From Epithemia pelagica (lineage: Eukaryota; Protista; Bacillariophyta): 64,000 nt of DNA. A program made the position numbers and the translations under genes. The DNA lies in assembly GCA_946965045.2 (NCBI GenBank), contig OX337237.1, positions 1,240,001 through 1,304,000 on the forward strand, given 5' to 3'. The stretch's first letter is position 1, and each line of letters starts with the position of its first letter. The notes under the pieces were generated by a model, which had not been told where the DNA came from, did no database searches, and was given only the letters and a program-made list of their open reading frames with translations. Shown one piece after another: positions 1 through 11,239 of the stretch.

Positions 1-1131
1 TCGTTTTGTCAACGCAATAGCACCTTCGTTTGATGAGCCTCGACTTTGGAGACCGTTCAAGTGCAAACTGGGGCTCAAGAGAGAACGGTCGAAGTTGAAA
101 TTGTCAAAATCGAGGCAACGCAGCTCGGTCAAACACCCTTCATGCCACAAGTGAGAAGCCAACGAGGCATTGGAACCCGGCAGAACAAGAAAGGCGAATG
201 ACTATCATGAAGTAAGTCTATTGATCTGATCATGGAAACGTCGCAAAGATAGCGAGAGAGTCCGGAAAGTCGAAAAAAGAAAAACTAGCGCTAGCAGAAA
301 CTCTCTAGAGGGTGGGTCGGAAGATCCATGTGTATTCATGGACTATGGACACCCTTCCATTTGCGTCGATTATCATGCCCGTCGAGTCAACCCATAACCG
401 ATAGACATCATCTATCATCTATCATCTCTCTGTTGTGTTGTCGTCGTCGATAGACATTCCCGGATCCCGGAATGACGCGCTCAAGGCCCAATGTTAAATC
501 TTGTGATGACCCGGATGGATTGCTCCCCACGCGCTTTCCTCTCCTTCAACCTGGCAATTTGAGAAAATTCGAGAGACGTTATTTTGATGAACATGAGTAC
601 CGCATAAGAATACTCTATACGTTTTATGTACTATGTGAGCGACTCATCACTCATCACATCTGCGTAAGACACGTGCTGGCACGCCCGACACCCCACGACC
701 GCTCTCCATCCATGAATGTCAAAGATACCTTTGACTCACAATTCGCGATCTTTCCATCACTCTCGCTTCAACACTCTCCCCGCGCAGTGGTCCATTTTCT
801 CGCAACAATCAAACATCCATTACACACCAAGAAAAGAAGTCAAGAATACTAACTAACTTCTGATTCGAAAACGAATTCGGGGAGCTGGAAACAAGACTGT
901 TGGCGCTTGGTGTCACCTTTCTCACTGACTTGACCGAAGCATCGCTCTTTGTTGGGTTTTCCCGTGATTGGAGTCCTTCGTACATATCTGGTTTGTACTT
1001 GGGGCGTGAGGGTTTTTCTCATGATTCAAAGCAGCCGGACCAACACGGTCACTTCGTCTCCGTTTGCGGTAGTTGTGGAACCAGCAGCAGCACTGCGTGG
1101 TCCTTGCAACAACGATAGCGGTGGTGGTCAT

Positions 1132-1822
1132 ATGGAAAAGTATCGGCTGGTGCAGGAGCACAAAGCGGAAGAGTCTGAGGATTTCCTGGGCACTCAGACC
1201 AGTGGCAACCTTCCGGAAGTGCGAATCACACAAAAAGGGAAACCGAGGAATTACATTTCCTATGCCATGAACCTGTTTGTACGTCCAAGTTGATGTTGAA
1301 GTGTCCTTTGCTTTGCGATTTTCTCAAAAGGAATTCATTTGTTTCCTTCCTTTCATATTTTCTGTTTTGGTGTCTCTTGGTGTTGCGCATGGTCTTCAGG
1401 AGTCTGGACAGGTCACGATTGTTCTCAAGGCCATGGGGCGTGCCATCAACAAGGCAGTTACAATTGCAGAAATATTAAAGCGGAAGATGCCTCTGCATCA
1501 ATGGAATAATGTTTCGTCTGTGGAGATGATCGATGTCTATGAACCAGTGGAAGAAGGATTGGATGTGGTAACATCACGGAGATATGTCTCTTGTATGCAG
1601 ATCACACTGTCTCTCACATTAGCCGAGTCCAATTCCACGCTTCATCCCGGGTACCAGGCTCCTCTTGTGGAGGAGGAAATGCATCAACAACAACAACAAC
1701 ATCATCACCACTCCGGTCCAGCGGTGGCTGCCCCCGTCTCATCCCAACATCCGCCTCATCCCCATGGGGGTGGTGGCGGTGGAGGTCCCCTGGGTGCTGG
1801 ATTCATGATTGCATCGCCCTGA
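1132..1822 (+). CDS. Alba-domain (RPP25/Alba-like) nucleic-acid-binding protein, 2 exons (1132-1278, 1400-1822)
   Basis: Exon 1 reads MEKY...EVRITQKGKPRNYISYAMNLF. A phase-0 GTACGT...CAG intron (1279-1399) joins it to ESGQVTIVLKAMGRAINKAVTIAEILKRK...YEPVEEGLDVVTSRRYVSCMQITLS, the canonical Alba/RPP25 motifs. The C-terminal tail is Q/H/G-rich. Confidence 0.88.
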
Positions 1823-3384
1823 ACCAACCAACCAACCTCTCTCACATGAAAATCACTTGAACAAATCGCTCCGTTTCTCTCTTTCATAAAAACACCCACC
1901 CACTCTTGGCATTTTGCGAAAGTCGCGTAGTTTTCTTCTCATCAACGATTGGTGGCATTGACACGAACTTTTGCGCCATCTGCTGCTGCTGTATACATGG
2001 AAAGACATGTTGTTTTGCTGCATCCGACCATTTCACCTTAGAGAGAAAGACTCTCTCTTTTACTCCGCAGTCACCAGGTAATTCTAGCGAAGCTTCATAA
2101 TTTGTTGTACATCTACAAAAAGGAATCAGATGTTGCATCAATAGAGATTGTTCGCACAAGTTTGTGCGTTCCATTAGGTCAACGACAAGGTGATGTGGAA
2201 CCAAATCACCTTTCCTTTCCGGATTTGTGAATGCAGCTTGTTTCTCCAGCAGCTGCGACAGGCACCAATCTACTCGCACTTTCATAGCCTGAACGGAATG
2301 ACTTTTCTTCTACTCAACATCATCATCACCCATCCTGTGGAAGGACCAGCCAAAAGGATAAGCATTACCAACCCGCAGTTCTCTATCAACCGTCCGTAGA
2401 ATGTGCCAATCAAGTCTCGGCACCAGAACCCATACATACAAGGATGTACTCTTATTACTCCCTTCTCCAGAAACCTTGACTCGATAGAAAGATGGGGCAT
2501 TGTGTAGGATTCAGAATGAGAGTTTTTGTACAGCGCACACACATCCACGAGAGATTGTCACACCTGCACATGATGTCCTTGATCATTTGTGTGTTGGTCT
2601 ACCTATTTCCCCCGTTCGATGTGTGTTTGACTGTGGAACGAGAGAGACATGGGGTATTCTTGATTGGCGAACCACATTTGGTTCGGAGGTGCGCGAGAAT
2701 CAAACAAAAAGATCCAAACTCCCAACACCGCAAGAGTGGCGGAATCTCTCGAAACTCAAAGCCAGCTTTGCGGCCGTACCAGCTCATAGAGCACCAAGGA
2801 CGATCCATGCGATCATTCGAGGCAGAGAGAACCCCGGTGAACCCATGTCTAGAAAGATCTTGGACGTATCCAAATTTCGTCGACTTGATGGACTTGGAAG
2901 CAGAGAATGCGACTGCTCGAAGCACATGCTTCCCATCGTGAAGATATCCATAAAGTTTCCATCGTCCAATATTGTCAAAAGATGGAACCCGCTCAAGTGT
3001 GCTAATGGGGGGCGGGACCGGGACGGTGCAATTTTGGCGCAGTCCGTCCTGTCGTCCAAAAAATGGACAAGGACACGGGCTGTAACGTGTCCTCCAAGTC
3101 GGAATTGGCGACGTCGACGACTCCACCCCTGTGCGATGTATCACTTCCTATCAGTATTTTAAGGAACAATTGAAGACAATTGTCGTTTACATTCGAGATA
3201 TGGAACGATGGGGTGTATAATTTGTGACACGTGGTTCGTGTTTCAAACCAAAGCATTCTTATGGCACCGCCGTTGTCCTTGGTCTGGCTTTTCTTTGGCG
3301 GGAGATTACGAACGAGAAGAGTAGGAAGCAGCGCAAGGCTCTTGAGTGGAGAGGAAGAGTGGTGCAGAGAAGGGGCGCATCATC

Positions 3385-5895
3385 ATGGGCAACCAAATCA
3401 CCAAAGACCGTCGAATGGAAGCAAACCCTTCCAAAGAGGAAGTGGACCCCCTTGCCCCACCAGCAACTCCAAGAAGGGAGGACACAGAGGATGAGGTCGA
3501 CGCAATAGCCAATGGTTCTCTTCTTGATGATGATGATGATGATGATGATGAGAAGGAAGAAGACGACGACGACGATGATGATTGGTATCTTACGACAGGC
3601 AGTAGTAGTATGGGCAACATTAGTAGCTCGTTTCCTCAAAGCAGTGTTTTGGCCGAACCTTCTCTGGTACAATCGACGATTGCCGAGAACAATCATGGCG
3701 TCTTGGCATTGAAGGAAGCCGCAGCGCGTCAACAACAACAAAAGGAGCAACGATGTTGGTCGACTTGGCTCAAGCCGCAACAACCTCCCCTTGTGTGGAT
3801 GGCCGAACACGAACGAGAGACGTCTTCCTTTTTGGAAAAAGAAGACGAACGACAAGACACCAGCATGGATGCAGAGGATGAAAACGATGAACCAACCAAC
3901 GCTCCAACAAAAGAAGGTCACCGCAATCGTCAAAGTGCCTCACACTGCCATTGGTTTGGCATGCCCTGCGATCCCAATCGGAAGAACAACCACAACAACA
4001 TGAAACGAAAGAACCGAGACAGTCGTTCTGGAATGTTGTTGTGGACAACCAACTCCGCCTCCAATTGTTCCTTGACGGCAACGTCTGCTTCGACATCCTC
4101 CTCTTCATCGTCGTTGTCTTCGTCGTCGTGGTTTGCCAATGACGAAACGGAATTGGAATACACCAATTCCGAACGAGAATTGTCAGCCGTCGAACCAACA
4201 CCGGCCTCGGAGTTGAGCAGTCCTCGTCATGTTTGGATTGTCACCACGGCTGCCTTGCCCTGGATGACAGGGACCGCCGTCAATCCACTGTTGCGGGCCG
4301 GATCTCTCTGGCAACACTACCAAGATCAAGTGGAAGCGCAACAACAAAGAAGGAGGGACGAATCTGCACCAACATCATCACAAGACTTTTCCATTACCTT
4401 GGTATTGCCCTGGCTGTGTCGAGCCAAGGATCGTGAGGGTTTGTATGGACCGCACTGGAAAGACAAGAGCGTCGAGGATCAAGAAGCCTATATTCGGTCG
4501 TGGTTGAGCGAACGTGCCAAATTGCCAAGAGCGGCGCAACACATTGCCATTCAATGGTATACAGCACATTATCATCCACACCTTTCTTCCATCTTTGCCG
4601 TCGACGATGTCTGCGATGCCTGTCTCAATGTTCCTTCCGACCATACGGCGGTCGTGGTCTTGGAGGAACCAGAACATTTGAATTGCTATCGAGGGCCCGG
4701 CAAGGCTACTTGGGGACAACGCTTTGGTCATGTGATTGGCATTGTCCATACCAATTATCGGGCCTATGCGCAAAGTCATGCCTCTGGTTTGGTCATGGGA
4801 CCCTTGGTGGGAGCCATTTTTGCCTCCTTGGTACGAACCTATTGCGACAAGGTTATTAAACTGTCCGACGTCTTGCAATCCTATTCGCCCGAAAAACAAG
4901 TCACCTGCAATGTCCATGGAATTCGAGACGAATTTTTGCAAATGCCTCCTCCCACAGGCAATAAGGTGTACTTTATTGGCAAATTGTTGTGGGCCAAGGG
5001 ATTGGACAAAATGTTAACCTTACAAGCACGGTACAAGAAAGCAACCGGAAGCTACTTTGCCTTGGATGTATATGGAAGTGGACCACAACAAGACGAAATC
5101 AAATTGGCCTTTCTAGGAAAACAACAACAACAACAAGCACGGCGATGGACGTCGAGTGCGAGTTCCGTCTCGCGAGAACCCGACGACGACAGCAGCAGCA
5201 AAGAAGAGGATCATGGCAAACAACCCTCTTCTCCCAAAATGCCGGTGGAATTCATGGGCCGCATGGACCATGCAGCCTTATCGAGCGAGTACAAGGTCTT
5301 TGTCAATCCGAGTATTACCGAAGTCCTGTGTACGACCACGGCCGAAGCCTTGGCCATGGGTCGCTTTGTGATTATTCCCCATCATGCGAGCAATCACTTT
5401 TTCTCGCAATTTCCCAATTGCTTGCAGTATCAGCCCCACAAGTATTATGAATTTTGCGTCTTGCTTCAATACGCACTGACACATACCCCGACACCCCTCA
5501 GTGCCGAACATACGCACTTGTTAACCTGGGAAGCCGCCACCGATCGGTTCATCAAGGCCAGTGCCGTATCCCTGCGAGACGCTGCCCGACGAGAACGATT
5601 GACGGCGCGACAAGGACGAGAAGAACGGTTTGCGCAGTTTCATGAAGACATGTGTAAAGGAACGTCCGGTGTCTTTGTGCGGACCCTGTTGCATGGCGAT
5701 GATCCACACAAGACGACGACACTACCAACGACACCGCAACACTCCGCAAGTGCACCTCAAGAAGAGGACATGGAAGACGAAGAAGAAGAAGAAAAGAAGG
5801 AGTCGGAAGACGTGGAATCGACTACGTCTCTTGGGACGTTTTCGTCCTTTTCGTGGTTTCAAAGTAGCTTTTCATCGTTGCCTGTGCGGACTTGA
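3385..5895 (+). CDS. DGD: Digalactosyldiacylglycerol synthase (GT4 family) with a long low-complexity N-terminal extension
   Basis: Contains the DGD motifs VTTAALPWMTGTAVNPLLRA, EEPEHLN, IGIVHTNY, FIGKLLWAKG and FVNPSITEVLCTTTAEALAMG. First ATG is 3385; the ORF-track start at 3346 is GTG. Single exon. Confidence 0.92.
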   Translation: MGNQITKDRRMEANPSKEEVDPLAPPATPRREDTEDEVDAIANGSLLDDDDDDDDEKEEDDDDDDDWYLTTGSSSMGNISSSFPQSSVLAEPSLVQSTIAENNHGVLALKEAAARQQQQKEQRCWSTWLKPQQPPLVWMAEHERETSSFLEKEDERQDTSMDAEDENDEPTNAPTKEGHRNRQSASHCHWFGMPCDPNRKNNHNNMKRKNRDSRSGMLLWTTNSASNCSLTATSASTSSSSSSLSSSSWFANDETELEYTNSERELSAVEPTPASELSSPRHVWIVTTAALPWMTGTAVNPLLRAGSLWQHYQDQVEAQQQRRRDESAPTSSQDFSITLVLPWLCRAKDREGLYGPHWKDKSVEDQEAYIRSWLSERAKLPRAAQHIAIQWYTAHYHPHLSSIFAVDDVCDACLNVPSDHTAVVVLEEPEHLNCYRGPGKATWGQRFGHVIGIVHTNYRAYAQSHASGLVMGPLVGAIFASLVRTYCDKVIKLSDVLQSYSPEKQVTCNVHGIRDEFLQMPPPTGNKVYFIGKLLWAKGLDKMLTLQARYKKATGSYFALDVYGSGPQQDEIKLAFLGKQQQQQARRWTSSASSVSREPDDDSSSKEEDHGKQPSSPKMPVEFMGRMDHAALSSEYKVFVNPSITEVLCTTTAEALAMGRFVIIPHHASNHFFSQFPNCLQYQPHKYYEFCVLLQYALTHTPTPLSAEHTHLLTWEAATDRFIKASAVSLRDAARRERLTARQGREERFAQFHEDMCKGTSGVFVRTLLHGDDPHKTTTLPTTPQHSASAPQEEDMEDEEEEEKKESEDVESTTSLGTFSSFSWFQSSFSSLPVRT

Positions 5896-7402
5896 TGGAC
5901 ATTGTTGGCATTTTTGGTTGGACCATCTCCAGAGTGAATCGGCATTGGAGAACCAAAGACTATGTGGGTTGGTGGTACACAACGATTCTGCTGCCGGGGT
6001 TACACGATGAAACTCTGGTGGTCATCATCATCATCGACATGACTTTGGTTGGGAATGGACATGTGTGTGTGTTTATTTATATATAACTACGAATAGCTTG
6101 TTGTGAATGTATGATACCACTGAATTCTTGTGGACAACCACCCTGACCAGCTCTCGCACGTCCGAACCTAGTCTGAATCTAGAGAGGCCGGAGGGAATAC
6201 GGGAGCTCAATGAAATCAACGAACGCAGCCCGAGATGAACCAAGACTAGAAAGAAGTACCCCTACAACACCGCGAAGGTTGACCATGAGAAACGGAAACC
6301 TCGCAGACTCTGCACAAACAATGACGCGATTGGGATGGGTCCAACAACCACAAATTCTCGTCGTACGTAAGAGAGCGAGTATCATTGCGTGTCTCGTACC
6401 ACGGACAGCACTGTGTCCATCCTTCCGCTCGATGTTGTGTCCACATGAAGAATGAAAGACGTTTATACCCAATCGACGCTACACGACAACCAACGGCAGG
6501 AGCCATTCTTGTGTTCTTGGATCGTTCCAGTCCATCCTTTGAGTGACGCTTTCGTATGTTCTCAAGTCCCGGTGCATGATTCTCGGTTCCCGACGAACCA
6601 TGATCTCGAAGAAGACCAACCGAGACCGAGAGGGAACCGGTGACATTTTGTTCTTCCAATGCGCAAAAAGTGAGAAGACCTTCCTCCTTTGCAATATACG
6701 CGGTTCGCGCGCTAGAAAGTCACAGGGCCCGCGCAACGCTTAACTTTTTGGTACGCGTACACGTGCTCTGTCCAGCTTGATTTTAAATCTTGGAAAATTA
6801 GATAGACTTAAGATGCCGAGCATACGTGCTTGATGAGCGCGCCACGACAGACTGCACTTATTAAGAATACAAAGAATCGTTGGCAATGCTCAGCGGATCA
6901 AGAAGCGAAATTATTAGATGTCCGACCGACCAACCATTCAGAGTTTGGGGGGAATGGCTCCACACGCTCATCTTCCACCATCGTCGTCATCACAAGCCTC
7001 TTGGTTCTTTTCCTCTTGAGGTATACTAATTGGTCCATGAAAGATTGAGTTCCACCATCCTAGGTGTATACAGAAGTTGGCATACATTAGCTTACCACCA
7101 AGAAACAACATTGGTTTTGCGTTTGTGGATTGGACGGTGAACACCAAGACGAAGTAGAGTGCCCTGTTTCTTCCAGAGCTGCCACCAGCAGACTTTTACT
7201 CCACTTTGGGAAGATCTCCGTTTGACTTGTCTTCTGATTCTGCGATTGTGGAACAATTTTCAATCCACGTTGGATTGAAATTGCATGGTTCCAAAGATCT
7301 AATTGGTCTGAACGAGCATAGCGGGTCCATGTCCATTGTGCGTCCTTCTCCGATCCAAAACCATTTTTAGCTTGTTGTTGTTCTTGTTGCCGGGGCCATA
7401 CC

Positions 7403-10400
7403 ATGTCGTCGCCGTTGGCCCAAAAATTGGAAGAAGACAATCTCCGTTTGGTCTGTCAACGGTCGGTTGAAGAATTGCATCAATTGTTCGTGGCATGGTT
7501 TCAAGGATCGGAACCCCGCGAAAGCTTGACGTCGTCCTTGTTGGACTGTTTGGCACCCGATTTTAGTCATGTGGCTCCCAATGGACAATTTCTCCAAGGA
7601 CGAAGCATTCTTATTGGACATTTGCAAGACAAGTTTGGCTGTTACAAAAATCGACTTTTTCAAATTGAAATTTACGATGTCCGATTGCTCTGGCATGATC
7701 CGGAGGGAAACAAGTGTTTGTGTACCTACGAAGAATGGCAATCTTGGTTGCCCGACAATGCCCAGGAAATTACCAACAACAGCAATAGCAACCACAACAA
7801 TAACAGCAGTAACCACAGTGTAACGGAGGGCGAAGACTCTACCAATCTCACCAATGGACAACACAACAATACTGGCACTCTCAACGGACAGGGATTGAAC
7901 CATGCGCAAAGAAACGGTGGTAATGGTGAGAATGTTCATCCAGAAGATACAAATGAGAATGACGGCGACGACGATGATGATAAAGAAGAAGAAGAAGTGC
8001 ATCAATTCGGACGCCTCTCCACGTGTTTGCTCGAACGAAAAAACATTGATCCTCAGGCCAGTAGCAACGACCCTTCTTCCTCGACATCGGCCTATCGGTG
8101 GATTCATGTACACGAAACCTGGTTGGAAGCCGAAGCGCCTCAACACGAAAAACATGAGCAGCCACTACAACCACAAGAAGGATCCTATTTGGAAGAAGAT
8201 ACAATATTGACAGGACCCGTTGAATATCATCGCATGCTCGCCGATCGGAGTCCACCCAGTATGCTCTCCTCCCAACCACCACCCTCCACTAGCAACAATG
8301 ACGCCAAGAATCCCATGTTTTTACCCGACACGTCCAGTGACGATGAGAATGACGACGAAGATATGGGTGTTGCTCTTCCACCTGGAGGCCTACCAACCAC
8401 CTCTCGACAAGATGCGTCGGGAACGGACTCAGCCTCACTGGGGCAAACCAACGCACTGGAGGGAGCTTCAACCCCCGCCGTTGTGGCAAATGACGACGAC
8501 GAAGAAGAGGAGGAAGAGGAGGAGGAAGAAGAAGAGGGCGATCGGCATTTGCTCATGCTAATGTCGACGCAATCCATATCGCGAGAACAAACGACACGGC
8601 AAAATACGGCACGAGATGCCTTGGAATCTTCGGGCATTGCCTTTTACGAATTGGATGGGGCGAATCCGAACGAACGAGACAATCGCAATTCACTCTTTCA
8701 ATTATCAGGCAAGTGGGGGCAATATCCACAGTTCTTTTTGGTGGATACTGCTGGTACAACCACATTTTGGGGAACCTGGGAAGACTTTTTGCAAAGTCAT
8801 TCGGGAGGTCAATTGGCTGATGATATTGCACAAGCCAGTGGTACGGGTAGTAGTAGCAACAACAACAACAACTCACACAGTCCGGGGACCCCGGCGACTG
8901 CCACGACCGCACCTACTGTCGTCCAGGCCGCTGCGAATGCCAGTCCACGGTCAGGGACGTCGGAAACGTCCCCCACGACCAGTCCACGGCAACCCTTGGG
9001 CTCCAATGGTGTGGCGGCAGGAGCCGTGGTAGTGGCTGGCACGGACGGGAGTGCGGACCCACCGCAACCTTTTCCTGCACGAGTTCCGACCAATTCACAA
9101 TTGCTCGTTCTGATATCCTCCCAAACCCTGTCAGACGAACAGAAATCCAGACAAGATGAAGCAGAGCGAATTTTACAAGAGCACAATATATCCTTTGAAA
9201 GTATCGATGGTTCCGTCAAAACCAATCGAGAGCGACGAAACAAGCTGTTCCGGATTAGTACCTTTTGGGGTAAATATCCACAATTCTTTCATCAACCAGC
9301 TCCACAACCAGAATCGGCCGCCGTATCGGAGGAGGATATTGCGGCTCGTTCAGCAGCGACAACCTTTTGGGGACGATGGGAAGAATTCGAAACAAGCAGG
9401 AACAGGAATACATTGGATTTAGATTTGACTTTTGTTCGTCCATTGGCGGACAATCAGATCGACACTGCCAAGAGTGCGCCACCCGCGGAGGCTTTGAGGT
9501 CGCCTGGAGAAAGCAGCCAGAGTACTGCACCAACTTTGGCTGCTGCCTCACCATCCACATCACCACCACCACCAGCTGCAACAGCAGCAACAGAAAGGGA
9601 AGCGCGCATTATTCTGTTGGTATCACAACAATCGCTATCGCGCGACCAAGTGTCGCGACAAGAGATGGCACGAGAACATCTGAAAGAAGCCGCCATTAAC
9701 TTTGAGGAATTAGATGGATCATCAAGAGACAGTCGACAAAAGCGCAACGAACTCTTCAAAATTTCAAAGCTGTGGGGAAGATACCCTCAAATATTTGTGG
9801 TTTTGAAGCGACCACCCATCATCAATGATCGTGGAAATGGAGAAGAGATTGTATTTTGGGGAGATTGGGAGAAAATTGAGCTCAGCCACTCGGATGGAAC
9901 ATTGGGCGAGGAGCTGTCAGCTCTCTTGGCGGAACCAAAGCTGCAAGCACCGGAGGACAAGGCGCGGCTTAAGCGGGAACTTGCCGTTGCCTTGGCTGCA
10001 GGTTCGGAGGTATCCTTAAAGTCAGCGGAAGACGAATTTCTGGAAAGGTCACAAGGAATACTTCAATTTGAAGAAGATGAGGAAGCGGCAAATTCCACGG
10101 CCTTGGTTCTCGCGAACAAAGAAGAGAAAAAACAAAACGGAGAGGAAAATATGAACGAAGAAAAATTCCAACAAATAGCTGCCGCTCTGTCTCCAATTCC
10201 TCAAGATGTTTCGAGCAAACGACACGTATCTTCCAAACTGCTGCAACATGCGAAACCATTGACGTGGGAGAATTCATTGGTTGGTCTATCGTTACATGGT
10301 TTTGACATTGGAACATCACAGGGGCCAATTGCCGACGAGACATGGTACAAGGAAGTTACGGAAGCACTGGAAGCGATTGCGCAATATAAAAAGGCCAATG

Positions 10401-11239
10401 GACCTCGAAGAAAGATTAATCTTCCTGAAATGGTTTTTCCAACAGCCCATGTTGCTCTGGAGGGCCACGGCTTTTGGTTAAGTTGGGATGTGTTGGATGC
10501 CATGGAGGATTGGGCCCGAGCACATTCTGAAATCCCCGTCAATTCGAGCGAATCCTTCAAAGGAGTCGGCGTTCTGAAATCAAAGGATGCCAAGCTATGG
10601 GAAAAGAAAAAGGCGGCTTTGAGCACTGATTCATCGCCCGCTTCGTCTGTCTTTCACTATGACTGGACATACAGCACCCCCTTTCTGGGGAAAGTGGAGG
10701 GTGGTGAATGGGTTGAGCTTGACGAATCTGGCATGCGAGTGGAATTGTTGACAGACACATCAATACCAATTTTATTTTTTGACGAAATCACTCTGTTCGA
10801 AGATGATTTGCACGACAATGGACAAGTTCAATTGAGTGTAAAAATCCGTGTCATGCCAACTTGTGCTTACGTTTTGGCTCGATTATGGCTCCGTGTGGAT
10901 CATGTTGTTATTCGAGTGCGAGAAACAAGACTCCTTGTGGATTTCTTTGGCATGGAGCCTGCCGTCTACCGTGATGTTACCTGGCGAGAATGCTATTGGG
11001 ATTCGTTCAAGGTGCACCAGTTGCCCACTGACGTGCGATCATGGCACTTTGATGGAAAGGAAACGGCTGCATGGCAAAGTCTTTTGCGGAAAATCCCAGA
11101 AGTGGATCCACCAGACGGGATTATGAGATTTGCGACTTTGGAACCTACCAATCCATCACGCAACATTGTCAAGCAATTGAATAGCAGTGTTGCCGAAGCC
11201 TTGAATTCCCAGAACAGTTTGGAGTACCTAGAAGGCTAG
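7403..11239 (+). CDS. TIP41: 1278-aa fusion protein: N-terminal SnoaL/DUF4440-like (NTF2-fold) domain, three SH3BGR-like thioredoxin-fold domains, C-terminal TIP41/TIPRL domain
   Basis: Uninterrupted ORF. The C-terminus has TIP41 motifs LPEMVF, YDWTYSTPF and ILFFDEITLFEDDLHDNG...VKIRVMPTC..VLARLWLRVDHV.IRVRETR. Three internal repeats of L.S.Q....Q..RQ..A...L....I.F..lDG......R..LF..S..WG.YPQ.F...FWG.WE lie at ~8540-8830, ~9090-9420 and ~9600-9920. The N-terminus has VEELHQLFVAWF..LAPDF..V.PNG..TYEEWQ..R.ST..W.HVHETWL. Confidence 0.85.
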   Translation: MSSPLAQKLEEDNLRLVCQRSVEELHQLFVAWFQGSEPRESLTSSLLDCLAPDFSHVAPNGQFLQGRSILIGHLQDKFGCYKNRLFQIEIYDVRLLWHDPEGNKCLCTYEEWQSWLPDNAQEITNNSNSNHNNNSSNHSVTEGEDSTNLTNGQHNNTGTLNGQGLNHAQRNGGNGENVHPEDTNENDGDDDDDKEEEEVHQFGRLSTCLLERKNIDPQASSNDPSSSTSAYRWIHVHETWLEAEAPQHEKHEQPLQPQEGSYLEEDTILTGPVEYHRMLADRSPPSMLSSQPPPSTSNNDAKNPMFLPDTSSDDENDDEDMGVALPPGGLPTTSRQDASGTDSASLGQTNALEGASTPAVVANDDDEEEEEEEEEEEEGDRHLLMLMSTQSISREQTTRQNTARDALESSGIAFYELDGANPNERDNRNSLFQLSGKWGQYPQFFLVDTAGTTTFWGTWEDFLQSHSGGQLADDIAQASGTGSSSNNNNNSHSPGTPATATTAPTVVQAAANASPRSGTSETSPTTSPRQPLGSNGVAAGAVVVAGTDGSADPPQPFPARVPTNSQLLVLISSQTLSDEQKSRQDEAERILQEHNISFESIDGSVKTNRERRNKLFRISTFWGKYPQFFHQPAPQPESAAVSEEDIAARSAATTFWGRWEEFETSRNRNTLDLDLTFVRPLADNQIDTAKSAPPAEALRSPGESSQSTAPTLAAASPSTSPPPPAATAATEREARIILLVSQQSLSRDQVSRQEMAREHLKEAAINFEELDGSSRDSRQKRNELFKISKLWGRYPQIFVVLKRPPIINDRGNGEEIVFWGDWEKIELSHSDGTLGEELSALLAEPKLQAPEDKARLKRELAVALAAGSEVSLKSAEDEFLERSQGILQFEEDEEAANSTALVLANKEEKKQNGEENMNEEKFQQIAAALSPIPQDVSSKRHVSSKLLQHAKPLTWENSLVGLSLHGFDIGTSQGPIADETWYKEVTEALEAIAQYKKANGPRRKINLPEMVFPTAHVALEGHGFWLSWDVLDAMEDWARAHSEIPVNSSESFKGVGVLKSKDAKLWEKKKAALSTDSSPASSVFHYDWTYSTPFLGKVEGGEWVELDESGMRVELLTDTSIPILFFDEITLFEDDLHDNGQVQLSVKIRVMPTCAYVLARLWLRVDHVVIRVRETRLLVDFFGMEPAVYRDVTWRECYWDSFKVHQLPTDVRSWHFDGKETAAWQSLLRKIPEVDPPDGIMRFATLEPTNPSRNIVKQLNSSVAEALNSQNSLEYLEG

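Noticed and set aside
1884-3256. Several 90-220-aa ORFs on both strands between Alba and DGD (e.g. 2500-3162 +, 2599-3144 -)
   Set aside because: No recognisable domain, and no consistent splice model joined them. Left unannotated, although a gene cannot be excluded.
6850-7440. Minus-strand ORF 7087-7440 with a possible GTAAGC intron
   Set aside because: Its start overlaps the ATG of the 1278-aa gene, there is no homology signal, and the apparent exons could be chance.
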